Origin: Candidatus Spongiisociaceae bacterium
GTDB taxonomy: Bacteria; Actinomycetota; Acidimicrobiia; Spongiisociales; Spongiisociaceae
Assembly (NCBI GenBank): GCA_965243165.1
Contig: OZ251535.1
Coordinates: 2,703,371 to 2,767,370, forward strand
Direction: 5' to 3'
DNA: 64,000 nt
Each line of letters starts with the position of its first letter. Positions within the stretch are counted from its first letter, which is position 1. The position numbers and the translations under genes are program-made. Under the pieces are notes generated by a model. It had not been told where the DNA came from. It ran no database searches and worked only from the letters and a program-made list of their open reading frames with translations. Positions 29,108 through 38,184 of the stretch are shown here, one piece after another.

Positions 29108-30088
29108 TCAGCCGGAGAGGCCGATCATCCCTCTCACCGCCGCCATGGTGCGTTCGGCTTCGATGCGGGCCTCGAGCGCTCCCTTGGCCATGATCCGCTC
29201 CACTTCCGGGTCCTCGAGCTCGAAGTAGGCTCGGCGGAGGGGGGCCAGGCCCTCGATCACCGCCTCGGCAACTGTTTCCTTGAACCTTCCGTATCCGGCC
29301 CCGGCGTGCTGTTCGGCCAGGTCCTCGACCGCCCCGCCGGTGAACACCGCCAGGATGTCCAACAGGTTGGAGACCCCGGGCTTGCGTTCTGTGTCGTAGG
29401 CGATGCGGGCCTCCGAATCGGTGACCGCCCGCCTGATCTTGCGGCGGATGTCGTCCGGGCGGTCGACGACGAGGATCCGGGAGGAGGGGTCGGGATCCGA
29501 TTTGGACATCTTGGAGACCGGGTCGGCCAGGGACATGACGCGGGCGCCCCGTCCGGGGGTGATCTGCTCCGGGACCGGGAAATATTCCCCGTAACGGGCG
29601 TTGAAGCGCTCCACCAGATCGCGGGTGAACTCGAGGTGCTGGGTCTGGTCGCCCCCGACCGGCACGGCATGCACCTTGTGGATGAGGATGTCGGCCGCCA
29701 TCAGCACCGGGTAGGAGAACAGGCCCAGGTTCTGGCCGCCCTTGTCCTCCTTCTCCTTGTACTGGGTCATGCGCCCCAGCTGCCCCATGGAGGCGAGGGT
29801 CCCCATGATCCAGGACAGTTCGGCGTGCTGGGGGACCTGGCTCTGGTGGTAGAGGAGGGAACGGTTCGGATCGATGCCGGCCGCCAGCAGTATCTTGGCG
29901 GTGCCGAGGCGGGCCTCGGCCAGCTCGGAGGGCGCCTGCGGAAGGGTGAGGGCGTGGAGGTCGACCACGCAGTAGATGGTGTCGTACTCGTCCTGGCAGG
30001 CCGCCCAGTTGCGCAGGGCCCCGGCGTAGTTGCCCAGATGGATGCCGCCGCTCGGCTGTATCCCCGAAAAGACCTTCTTCTTGCTCAT
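29108..30088 (-). CDS. trpS: Tryptophanyl-tRNA synthetase
   Basis: FSGIQPSGGIHLGNY (HIGH), YPVLMAADIL, VPVGGDQ, KMSKS. Confidence 0.97.
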   Translation of the reverse strand: MSKKKVFSGIQPSGGIHLGNYAGALRNWAACQDEYDTIYCVVDLHALTLPQAPSELAEARLGTAKILLAAGIDPNRSLLYHQSQVPQHAELSWIMGTLASMGQLGRMTQYKEKEDKGGQNLGLFSYPVLMAADILIHKVHAVPVGGDQTQHLEFTRDLVERFNARYGEYFPVPEQITPGRGARVMSLADPVSKMSKSDPDPSSRILVVDRPDDIRRKIRRAVTDSEARIAYDTERKPGVSNLLDILAVFTGGAVEDLAEQHAGAGYGRFKETVAEAVIEGLAPLRRAYFELEDPEVERIMAKGALEARIEAERTMAAVRGMIGLSG

Positions 30089-30455
30089 ATCTCACCTCGC
30101 ATCTATGCAGCTGCCCGGCGGTGCGGCTTCGGCCGGCAGGAGAAAAAGGCCGGCCTGCGCCGAATTTGGACGATATCCCCGATTGTTCATCGGGGGCTTG
30201 CACTGCACCGGCGCGTCTGCAGGCGGCCCGATTCGGCGGCGCGGCGCCATTTTACCGGCTCTTCGGAATGAGGGGGAGCAGGACAGGGCAAGGCCTCGGC
30301 CGGATGGAGAGAATCCGGCTCTTCGAAAAATGAAGGGAAGCAGGGCGGGGCGGCGGGCGGTCTCTGCTTCCGAGATCAGTCCGCCGGGGGAAGGTTTATT
30401 TGGATTTTGGAAGAATCTGGAACAATCGGGAATATTACTAGTCACAGGGATGTTG

Positions 30456-30470
30456 TATAATGTAGATATG
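30456..30470 (+). promoter_or_regulatory. Consensus -10 (TATAAT) positioned for a leaderless transcript
   Basis: TATAAT at 30456-30461, 6 nt before ATG 30468, with no SD. Confidence 0.55.
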
Positions 30471-32072
30471 TTCGATTTCATGGCCGACCGAGCCCCCGAC
30501 GAGGACTTCACCGTCGAGGCCGACCCCGCTCTCGAGGCGGACCCCGCCTTGGCGGCGGACGCCCCTGCCCTCGAGGCGGGCGAAGCGGAGGGCGGGGAAC
30601 GCCCGGCGTGGCTCCAAGCCCACATGAGCGAATACCAGAAACAACGCCAAGACGTATACGACCGCACCCTGCGTCTCCTGGCCCGGGGAAACCCCTTCAC
30701 CCGAAGCTTCGACGACCACCGCGAGAAAGAAACCGCCAAAGCCGAAGCCGGTCTCGTCCGGGCCCAAGCCGGTATCAGCCGCGCCCGGGGCGACCAGCTC
30801 TACTGGCTGCAGGGCTTGTTCCTCTTCGACGGCGCCCGCCGGGCCGGGTACGCCAGCCGGGTGGATCTGGCGGCGGCGATGATGGACGTCCACCGCAACA
30901 CGGCCAAGAACCTGGTCTACCTGGCGGACCGCATAGACGAGGGCACGGTCAACGCTATCCGCAAGGGCCGGCTGTCGTATGTGCGGGTGCTGGAAGAGAC
31001 CCGCCTCCGCGAAGCCGGCGCTGCCCCGGAGCAGGTCGAAGCAACCCGCCGCCTCGACCTGGGGCGGGTGAAGCGCTTCCTGGCGAAACTCCGGAAGATG
31101 ACCCGCATCGACGAGAAGCGCATCTTCGACGGCCAATACATTGTCTTTCAGCCGTCTCTGGACGAAAGCCACTACCGCGTAGCAGGACAACTCGGCGGCT
31201 ACGAAGGCGAAATCTGCCGTCAAGCCCTCCAACAACGCGCCGAGCGGATCACACCCCCCGCCAACAACAACGAAGACGATCAGGTACGGCCGGACGCCGG
31301 GCTGCGGCGGGCGCTGGCCCTGACTTCGATGTGCCAAGACGAACTCGACCAAACCACCGACCACCCCCACCCCGGCGGGCAGGCGGGCACAGCCGAGGAC
31401 TTGGCCGCGCGGGTGGAAGACCTGGCCGCCTGGGAACAACACCGGGCCGACCACACCGCCCACGACGAAGAGGCCGAACAGCCCGAAGGCGGGGCCGACC
31501 ACGCCGACGAGACCGACCGCACCATCCGCCGAGAACACATCGACGACATCCTCCACACCGCCCGCCGAGCCGCCGGCCGCAACCGCCGCCAACCCCTGCT
31601 CATGATCGTCGCCGACCAACAGCTGGCAGAACAATCAGGCTGCGAACAAGGCGTCAACATCCTGGGAGGACCCAGAGTCGGACCCGACACCATCGACCTC
31701 ATCCACTGCACCGGCAAAACCGAACACCACACCATCACCGAAGGCGGCATCACCAGCCGAGGAACCAAACAACAGATCCGACCCAGTCTGCGAAGAGCTG
31801 TCCTCGCCCGGGACGACGGATGCGTCATCGACGGATGCACCAACACCCACCGCCTCGAAGTCCACCACGTCGTCCCCCTGTCTCAGGGCGGAACCCATCG
31901 GGCGGACAACCTGGCAACGCTCTGTTGGTACCACCATCACGTCGCTGTCCACCGACATGGGCTCCAACTCGATCCCCGTTCACCCCCACACCGGCGAAGA
32001 CTCATCCGGCCCCGGCCCTCCCGCCGGAAACACCCCCCTCCCCAGTTGCGCGCCCTTCTCGCAACCGGATGA
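30468..32072 (+). CDS. DUF222 (13E12-repeat-like) protein with a C-terminal HNH endonuclease
   Basis: RRAVLARDDGCVIDGC...EVHHVVPLSQGG..ADNLATLCWYHH HNH motif. The N-terminal region resembles DUF222. Confidence 0.85.
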   Translation: MFDFMADRAPDEDFTVEADPALEADPALAADAPALEAGEAEGGERPAWLQAHMSEYQKQRQDVYDRTLRLLARGNPFTRSFDDHREKETAKAEAGLVRAQAGISRARGDQLYWLQGLFLFDGARRAGYASRVDLAAAMMDVHRNTAKNLVYLADRIDEGTVNAIRKGRLSYVRVLEETRLREAGAAPEQVEATRRLDLGRVKRFLAKLRKMTRIDEKRIFDGQYIVFQPSLDESHYRVAGQLGGYEGEICRQALQQRAERITPPANNNEDDQVRPDAGLRRALALTSMCQDELDQTTDHPHPGGQAGTAEDLAARVEDLAAWEQHRADHTAHDEEAEQPEGGADHADETDRTIRREHIDDILHTARRAAGRNRRQPLLMIVADQQLAEQSGCEQGVNILGGPRVGPDTIDLIHCTGKTEHHTITEGGITSRGTKQQIRPSLRRAVLARDDGCVIDGCTNTHRLEVHHVVPLSQGGTHRADNLATLCWYHHHVAVHRHGLQLDPRSPPHRRRLIRPRPSRRKHPPPQLRALLATG

Positions 32073-32214
32073 CCCAGGCCGGGCCCGGCTCGGCCTTACC
32101 GGCCCGGACGCACTCGCCTTCCCCGCACTCCCCCTGAAGTCCAAAGAGCCGTTCACCAAGCTCGACGAAAGGAACCCCCGGGGGCATAACCGCCCGCCCG
32201 CCGGCGCCGACAGG

Positions 32215-32243
32215 TTGACAGAACCGGGCAGACGCGCCATACT
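32215..32243 (+). promoter_or_regulatory. Sigma70-type promoter TTGACA-N17-CATACT
   Basis: TTGACA at 32215-32220 and CATACT at 32238-32243, upstream of the cimA leader. Confidence 0.75.
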
Positions 32244-32253
32244 GCCCGAAGAC

Positions 32254-32289
32254 ATGAACATGACAAGCACCGGGATCATTATCGGCTAG
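32254..32289 (+). CDS. Leader peptide MNMTSTGIIIG (three consecutive Ile codons)
   Basis: ATG AAC ATG ACA AGC ACC GGG ATC ATT ATC GGC TAG, lying between the promoter and the terminator. Confidence 0.8.
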   Translation: MNMTSTGIIIG

Positions 32290-32324
32290 GGGCATAGGGA
32301 CCCCGTACAACCCGATGCCCCCTC

Positions 32325-32355
32325 AAGCCCTGCGCTCCGGCGGAGGGCTTTTTTT
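32325..32355 (+). terminator. Intrinsic terminator of the cimA attenuator
   Basis: AAGCCCT-gCGC-tccg-GCGg-AGGGCTT, with a run of 7 T at 32349-32355, 75 nt upstream of cimA. Confidence 0.85.
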
Positions 32356-32429
32356 GTTGCCTCCCGACCCGGCCCGAAGAGACCGGGCGGCGGCGGGAGG
32401 GCGGGGCGGCGGAAGAGAGGCGGCGCACC

Positions 32430-34001
32430 ATGGCGCATCATCCACAGCTCGAGATCTACGACACCACCCTGCGCGACGGCGCCCAGCAGGAAGGCATCTC
32501 GCTGACCGTCTCCGACAAGCTGCGGGTGGCGGGGCTGCTGGACGAGCTGGGCGTGGCCTACATCGAGGGGGGCTGGCCGGGCGCCAACCCCAAGGACAGC
32601 GAGTTCTTCGAGCGGGCGCGCTCCGAGCTGAACCTGCGCACCGCCTCGCTGACCGCCTTCTCCTCCACCCGCCGCCCGGGCGGGCCGGTCGAGGGGGACC
32701 CGCAGATGCGCGGCCTGCTGGCAGCCGGGACCGAGGTGGTGTGCATCGTCGGCAAGGCCTGGGACTACCACGTGACCGAGGCGCTCCGCACCAGCCTCGA
32801 CGAGGGCGCGGCCATGGCGGCCGAATCGGTGGCCTATCTGGTCGGGCGCGGGCGCCGGGTGTTCTTCGACGCCGAGCATTTCTTCGACGGTTACGCCTCC
32901 AACCCCGATTTCGCGATGGCGGTGCTGAGAGCCGCCCACGAGGAAGGGGCCGAGCGGCTGGTGCTGTGCGACACCAACGGAGGAAGGCTCCTGCACGAGA
33001 TAACGGGCGCCCTGGGCCGGGTGCAGGAGGCCCTCCCCGACGCCGAGCTGGGGGTGCATTTCCACAACGACGCCGGGTGCGCGGTGGCCTCCTCCCTGGC
33101 GGCGGTGCGGCTGGGCGTCCGTCAGGTGCAGGGATGCATCAACGGGTACGGGGAACGCACCGGCAACGCCGACCTCTCTACCATCCTTCCCGACCTGGTG
33201 CTCAAGATGGGAGCGCCGGTGCTCGACGAGGAGCGGTTGGCGAACCTGTCCCCCATCTCCCATCACATCGCCGAGATCGTCAACATCAGCCTCGATCCGC
33301 ACCGCCCCTACGTGGGCGCCTCTGCCTTCACCCACAAGGCAGGCCTCCACACCTCCGCCCTCGCCCGCCGCCCCGACGCCTACGAGCACCAGGATCCGGC
33401 GGCGGTGGGCAACCGCACCCGGATGGTGGTCTCCGAGCTGGCCGGCAAGAGCACCATCCGTTCGAAGGCGGCGGAGCTGGGCTTGGAGCTGACCGACCGC
33501 CAGACCGGCGAGGTGCTGGACCAGATCAAACAGATGGAGCACCGGGGCTATCACTTCGAGGCGGCCGACGGTTCCTTCGAGCTGATGCTCCGCCGGGCGG
33601 CGGGCTGGTCGAACGGTTACTTCGAGCTGGAGTCCTACCGGGTGTCCACCGAGCGGCGCGGCGGGGAGGTCATGGCCGAAGCCACGGTCAAGCTGTCGAT
33701 CAGGGGCGAGCGGATCATCGCCACCGGGGAGGGGAACGGCCCGGTCAACGCCCTCGACCACGCCCTGCGGGGCGCCCTCCGCAGCCGCTTTCCCGAGCTG
33801 GACGGCCTGCGGCTGACCAACTACACGGTGAGGGTGCTCGACGCCGCCGAATCAACCGCCGCCTCGGTCCGGGTGTTCATCGAGACCGGCGACGGAACAG
33901 GCGTCTGGGGGTCGATCGGGGTCGACACCGACGTGATCGCCGCCTCCTGGGAGGCCCTGGCGGACGGGATCGTCGTGGGCCTGCTCCGGGCGGGGGCCTG
34001 A
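32430..34001 (+). CDS. cimA: Citramalate synthase (DRE-TIM, LeuA-like family)
   Basis: IYDTTLRDGAQQEG, GKAWDYHV, GYGERTGNA, AFTHKAGLH, C-terminal regulatory domain AEATVK...GNGPVNALD. The Ile leader supports the CimA call. Confidence 0.88.
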   Translation: MAHHPQLEIYDTTLRDGAQQEGISLTVSDKLRVAGLLDELGVAYIEGGWPGANPKDSEFFERARSELNLRTASLTAFSSTRRPGGPVEGDPQMRGLLAAGTEVVCIVGKAWDYHVTEALRTSLDEGAAMAAESVAYLVGRGRRVFFDAEHFFDGYASNPDFAMAVLRAAHEEGAERLVLCDTNGGRLLHEITGALGRVQEALPDAELGVHFHNDAGCAVASSLAAVRLGVRQVQGCINGYGERTGNADLSTILPDLVLKMGAPVLDEERLANLSPISHHIAEIVNISLDPHRPYVGASAFTHKAGLHTSALARRPDAYEHQDPAAVGNRTRMVVSELAGKSTIRSKAAELGLELTDRQTGEVLDQIKQMEHRGYHFEAADGSFELMLRRAAGWSNGYFELESYRVSTERRGGEVMAEATVKLSIRGERIIATGEGNGPVNALDHALRGALRSRFPELDGLRLTNYTVRVLDAAESTAASVRVFIETGDGTGVWGSIGVDTDVIAASWEALADGIVVGLLRAGA

Positions 34002-34096
34002 CCCCGCCGCATCCGCCTCTCCGCTGCGGGCAGTGAACGGCCGAGGTTATCGTGGGGCCGCCCCCGCCGGCCCCCGCCCCGCAGGGGAAGCCGGGC

Positions 34097-34942
34097 ATGA
34101 CCTTCGAGCGACAGGACCGCCCTATGCCTGACGGACCCCGCGCAAAAGCGCCGCCCCCGGCCGCGGCCGAATCGCTGCTGGAGGAAGCCGTCGAGCTGGC
34201 GCAGCGGGCCGGGCGCCTCACCATGAAATGGTTCCGCCCCTCCGTGGAGGTGGACTTCAAGGCCGACGGGAGCCCGGTTACCGAGGCGGACCGGGCGGCG
34301 GAGCAGATGCTGCGGCGGGAGCTGGCCGAGCGCCGGCCGCAGGACGCGGTGGTGGGCGAGGAATACGGAAGCAGCGGGGGCGGAAGCGGACGCACCTGGT
34401 TCATCGACCCCATCGACGGCACCCAGTCGTTCGTGCGGGGGGTGCCCCTGTTCGCCACCCTGCTGGCCGCAGAGGACGGCTGCGGCCCGGCGGCGGGGGT
34501 GATCTACCTGCCGGCCCTCGACCAGACGGTGGCGGCCGGGCGCGGCCTGGGGTGTTACCTGGACGGGCGCCCCGCCGAAGTCAGCGGCCGGTCGGCGTTG
34601 GAGGGCGCCGTGCTGTGCTCCAGCAGCTTCGACCTGATTCCCGAGGAGGCGGCCCGGCGTCTGCATCGCAGCCCCCTCGTCCTCCGGGGCTGGGGCGACG
34701 CCTACGGCTACGCCTTGGTTGCGGCCGGGCGGGTGGAGGCCATGTACGACCCGGTGGTGAACCCCTGGGACACGGCGCCGATGGCGGTGATCATCCCCGA
34801 AGCGGGCGGCGTCTTCACCGACGCCTACGGCCGGCCGGGTTTCCGTTCGGGGACCGCCCTCGCAACCAACGGCCTCCTGCATGAGGAGATCCTCGAAACA
34901 GTGAACGGGCCGGGCGCCCAAGCGGCGGCGGACGGCGGCTGA
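34097..34942 (+). CDS. hisN: Histidinol-phosphatase, inositol-monophosphatase family
   Basis: KADGSPVTEAD, GEEYG, WFIDPIDGTQSF, RGWGDAYGY, PWDTAP. Confidence 0.85.
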   Translation: MTFERQDRPMPDGPRAKAPPPAAAESLLEEAVELAQRAGRLTMKWFRPSVEVDFKADGSPVTEADRAAEQMLRRELAERRPQDAVVGEEYGSSGGGSGRTWFIDPIDGTQSFVRGVPLFATLLAAEDGCGPAAGVIYLPALDQTVAAGRGLGCYLDGRPAEVSGRSALEGAVLCSSSFDLIPEEAARRLHRSPLVLRGWGDAYGYALVAAGRVEAMYDPVVNPWDTAPMAVIIPEAGGVFTDAYGRPGFRSGTALATNGLLHEEILETVNGPGAQAAADGG

Positions 34943-35053
34943 CCCCTCTTCTCCGCTCCCTTCAAGGCAGGCCCAAGGACGGCCGAGGCCGGTGCGATCC
35001 GCGTCGCGCGCCGCCGCTACGATGGGAACAATGAGGAATATCACAACTACCCT

Positions 35054-35066
35054 CCCCCCCCCCCCC
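35054..35066 (+). repeat. C13 homopolymer upstream of the R-M operon
   Basis: Thirteen consecutive C, 63 bp before the res start. Confidence 0.9.
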
Positions 35067-35129
35067 GCCGGGTAACTCCGCTGCTCTGGACACCCGGCCG
35101 CGGGGCGGCGGCGGCGAGGGGGCGGCGGC

Positions 35130-38100
35130 GTGACGGACCGCTTCTTCGAGCAGCCCGTTCTCAACTCCCCCTACGAGCAACCGGGCCGGCATTGGGGGCT
35201 TGACGACGCAGGCCAACCAACTCAGCAGATCATCGGGGGCCGCAGACCAGCGGCTTTCATCTCCCCGATCCCGAAACCGAAGAAGCTGAAGGGGTCGTCC
35301 ACCGAGCAGGCCGTCTTGGTGCTCGACGAAGGCGAGGGCCTGTCCACCGAAGAGCAACAGTACGGTGAGCACCACGCGACTATCAACGAGATTCGGCGGC
35401 AGGTGGGGCGCTGGCGGGCTGCGCCGGACCCGAACGGATGGAGGGTAACTCCGGAAACCGCCCGCCTGCTTCAGCATTGGCGCAGCCACCCCTTCCGCGA
35501 TATCAGACCCTTCTTCTGCCAGCTCGAGGCGGTGGAGACCGTCATCTGGCTCACCGAGGCGGCGCCCGGCCTCGGCAAGGCAGGCCGGGACTTCATCGAT
35601 TACTTGGACGCCGCCAACAGCGGCGCCAATCCGGATCTGCCGCGGTTGGCTCTCAAGCTGGCCACCGGCGCGGGGAAGACCACCGTGATGGCTATGTTGA
35701 TAGCCTGGCAGACGATCAACGCGGTCCGCCGGCCTAGGAGCGACCGATTCACACGCGGTTTCCTGGTGGTAACTCCCGGCATCACCATCAAGGACCGCCT
35801 GCGCGTCCTTCAGCCGAACGACCCCGACAGCTACTACCGCAGCCGCGAGCTGATACCGGTGGACCTGCTTCCAGACCTGGGCAGGGCGAAGATCGTCATC
35901 ACCAATTACCACGCCTTCAAGGCAAGAGAGCTGTTGAACCTGCGGAAAGGAACCCGCTCGTTGCTCCAGGGACGGGGCAAGGAACCGACCACGACGGAAA
36001 CCGAAGGCCAAATGCTGCAACGGGTGATACCCGAACTTCTGGGCCTGAAAAAGGTAATGGTGATCAATGATGAAGCACATCATTGCTATCGCGAGAAACC
36101 GGGTGAGAAGGAGGAACCGAAGCTCAAAGGGGACGACAAAAGGGAGGCTGAAGCAAACCGGGAAGCCGCCCGGCTGTGGATCTCCGGCATCGAAGCAGTT
36201 GGCCGAAAGTTGCGCCTCAAGCGGGTGATCGATCTTTCTGCCACACCCTTTTTCTTGAGCGGATCGGGCTACGCGGAGGGAACGCTTTTCCCTTGGACGA
36301 TGAGCGACTTCTCGCTCATGGACGCCATCGAATGCGGGATCGTCAAGCTCCCCCGGGTTCCGGTGGCCGACAACATCCCGGACGGCGAGATGCCGAAGTT
36401 CCGAAACCTCTGGACTCACATCCGCGCCAAGATGCCGAAAAAGGGAAAGGGCAAGGCTGAGCTCGACCCCCTCAGCCTCCCCATAGAGCTGCAGACCGCG
36501 CTGGAAGCCCTCTACGGACACTACGCCAAGACCTTCGACCTGTGGTCAGAAGCAGGCATCGAATCTCCTCCTTGCTTCATCGTGGTTTGCAACAACACTT
36601 CTACTTCCAAGCTGGTCTACGACTACATCTCCGGCTTCCACCGGCAGAACGGCGACGGCTCGACAAAGCTCGAACAGGGACGCTTGGAGCTGTTCCGCAA
36701 CTTCGACGAGGCGGGCAACCGGTATGCAAGGCCGCGTACCCTGCTGATCGACAGCAGGCAGTTGGAATCGGGCGACGCTCTCGACAAAAACTTCCGCAAG
36801 ATGGCCGCCGCCGAGATCGAGCGCTTCAGACGGGAGATCATCGAGCGCACCGGGGACCGCCGCCAGGCCGAGAACCTCAGCGATCAGGATCTACTCCGCG
36901 AGGTCATGAATACGGTGGGAAGGCCGGGCCGACTCGGGGGTTCGATTCGCTGCGTCGTCTCGGTCGCAATGCTGACGGAAGGCTGGGACGCCAACACCGT
37001 CACCCATATCCTGGGTGTGCGCGCCTTTGGCACGCAGCTTCTCTGTGAGCAGGCGATCGGGCGGGCGCTGCGCCGCCAGTCCTATGATCTGAACGACAAC
37101 GGCCTCTTCAACGTCGAGTACGCCGATGTGCTCGGCATACCCTTCGACTTCACCTCCAAGCCAATCGTCGCTCCGCCCCAGCCGCCGCGCAAGACTATCC
37201 GTGTCAAGGCGGTATCCCCCGACCGTGACGCCTGTGAAATACGCTTCCCCCGCGTCTCGGGCTATCGGGTCGAGTTGCCTGAAGAGCGCCTCACCGCGGA
37301 ATTCAACGACGATTCCACCCTCGTGCTCACACCAGATCTGGTCGGTCCTTCGATTACCCGCAACGAAGGAATAATCGGGGAGGGAGTCGATTTGAACCTG
37401 CAGCACCTCGATGAAGTACGACGGTCCACGTTGCTTTTTCACTTGACGAAACGACAGATCGAGACGAAATGGCGCGATGCGGATGAACAACCCAAGCCCC
37501 ACCTGTTCGGTCAGCTCAAGCGGATCACCCGCCAATGGCTGGACGGTCACCTCGTCTGCAAGGGAAACACACATCCCGCCCAGCTGCTCTATCTGTCACT
37601 TGGCGATATGGCCTGCGAGAGGATCACCGCGGCCATCACACGGGCGGAGATCGACAAGCGTCCGGTCAAGGCCATTCTGGACCCTTACAATCCCATCGGC
37701 TCGACCCGATATGTCGCCTTCAATACCTCTAAACTCAACCGATGGAAGACCGATCCGCGCTGTTGCCATGTCAATTGGGTCATCTGTGACAGCAATTGGG
37801 AATCAGAGTTCGCACGGGTCGCAGAGAAGCATCCTCGCGTGCGTTCCTACGTCAAGAACTACGGCCTCGGGCTGGAGGTTCCCTACCGTTACGGGTCCGT
37901 TTCCCGAACCTACATACCCGACTTCGTAGTATTGGTGGACGACGGTCGGGGCGGCGATGATATTTTGCATCTCGTAGTCGAGATAAAGGGATATCGAGGG
38001 GAAGACGCCAAGGAGAAGCGGAATACTATGGAGACCTACTGGGTGCCGGGAGTGAATCGGCACGGCGGCTTCGGACGTTGGGATTTCGTCGAGTTCACGG

Positions 38101-38156
38101 ATCCTTTCGAAATAGAGACCCAATTCAACAAGGTTGTAGAGAGATGCCTTCCATGA
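35130..38156 (+). CDS. Type III-like restriction endonuclease Res subunit (SF2 helicase plus PD-(D/E)xK nuclease)
   Basis: LATGAGKT, NDEAHHCY, LSATP, MLTEGWDA, C-terminal YIPDF...VVEIKG. Adjacent to a Mod gene. Confidence 0.88.
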   Translation: MTDRFFEQPVLNSPYEQPGRHWGLDDAGQPTQQIIGGRRPAAFISPIPKPKKLKGSSTEQAVLVLDEGEGLSTEEQQYGEHHATINEIRRQVGRWRAAPDPNGWRVTPETARLLQHWRSHPFRDIRPFFCQLEAVETVIWLTEAAPGLGKAGRDFIDYLDAANSGANPDLPRLALKLATGAGKTTVMAMLIAWQTINAVRRPRSDRFTRGFLVVTPGITIKDRLRVLQPNDPDSYYRSRELIPVDLLPDLGRAKIVITNYHAFKARELLNLRKGTRSLLQGRGKEPTTTETEGQMLQRVIPELLGLKKVMVINDEAHHCYREKPGEKEEPKLKGDDKREAEANREAARLWISGIEAVGRKLRLKRVIDLSATPFFLSGSGYAEGTLFPWTMSDFSLMDAIECGIVKLPRVPVADNIPDGEMPKFRNLWTHIRAKMPKKGKGKAELDPLSLPIELQTALEALYGHYAKTFDLWSEAGIESPPCFIVVCNNTSTSKLVYDYISGFHRQNGDGSTKLEQGRLELFRNFDEAGNRYARPRTLLIDSRQLESGDALDKNFRKMAAAEIERFRREIIERTGDRRQAENLSDQDLLREVMNTVGRPGRLGGSIRCVVSVAMLTEGWDANTVTHILGVRAFGTQLLCEQAIGRALRRQSYDLNDNGLFNVEYADVLGIPFDFTSKPIVAPPQPPRKTIRVKAVSPDRDACEIRFPRVSGYRVELPEERLTAEFNDDSTLVLTPDLVGPSITRNEGIIGEGVDLNLQHLDEVRRSTLLFHLTKRQIETKWRDADEQPKPHLFGQLKRITRQWLDGHLVCKGNTHPAQLLYLSLGDMACERITAAITRAEIDKRPVKAILDPYNPIGSTRYVAFNTSKLNRWKTDPRCCHVNWVICDSNWESEFARVAEKHPRVRSYVKNYGLGLEVPYRYGSVSRTYIPDFVVLVDDGRGGDDILHLVVEIKGYRGEDAKEKRNTMETYWVPGVNRHGGFGRWDFVEFTDPFEIETQFNKVVERCLP

Positions 38157-38184
38157 CGCTCGACGCTGCAGCCCTCGAAGAAGG

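Noticed and set aside
30089-30260. T-box or Trp attenuator upstream of trpS
   Set aside because: There is a 7-bp hairpin (CCCCGAT/ATCGGGG) and a short T run, but no T-box consensus and no Trp-codon leader.
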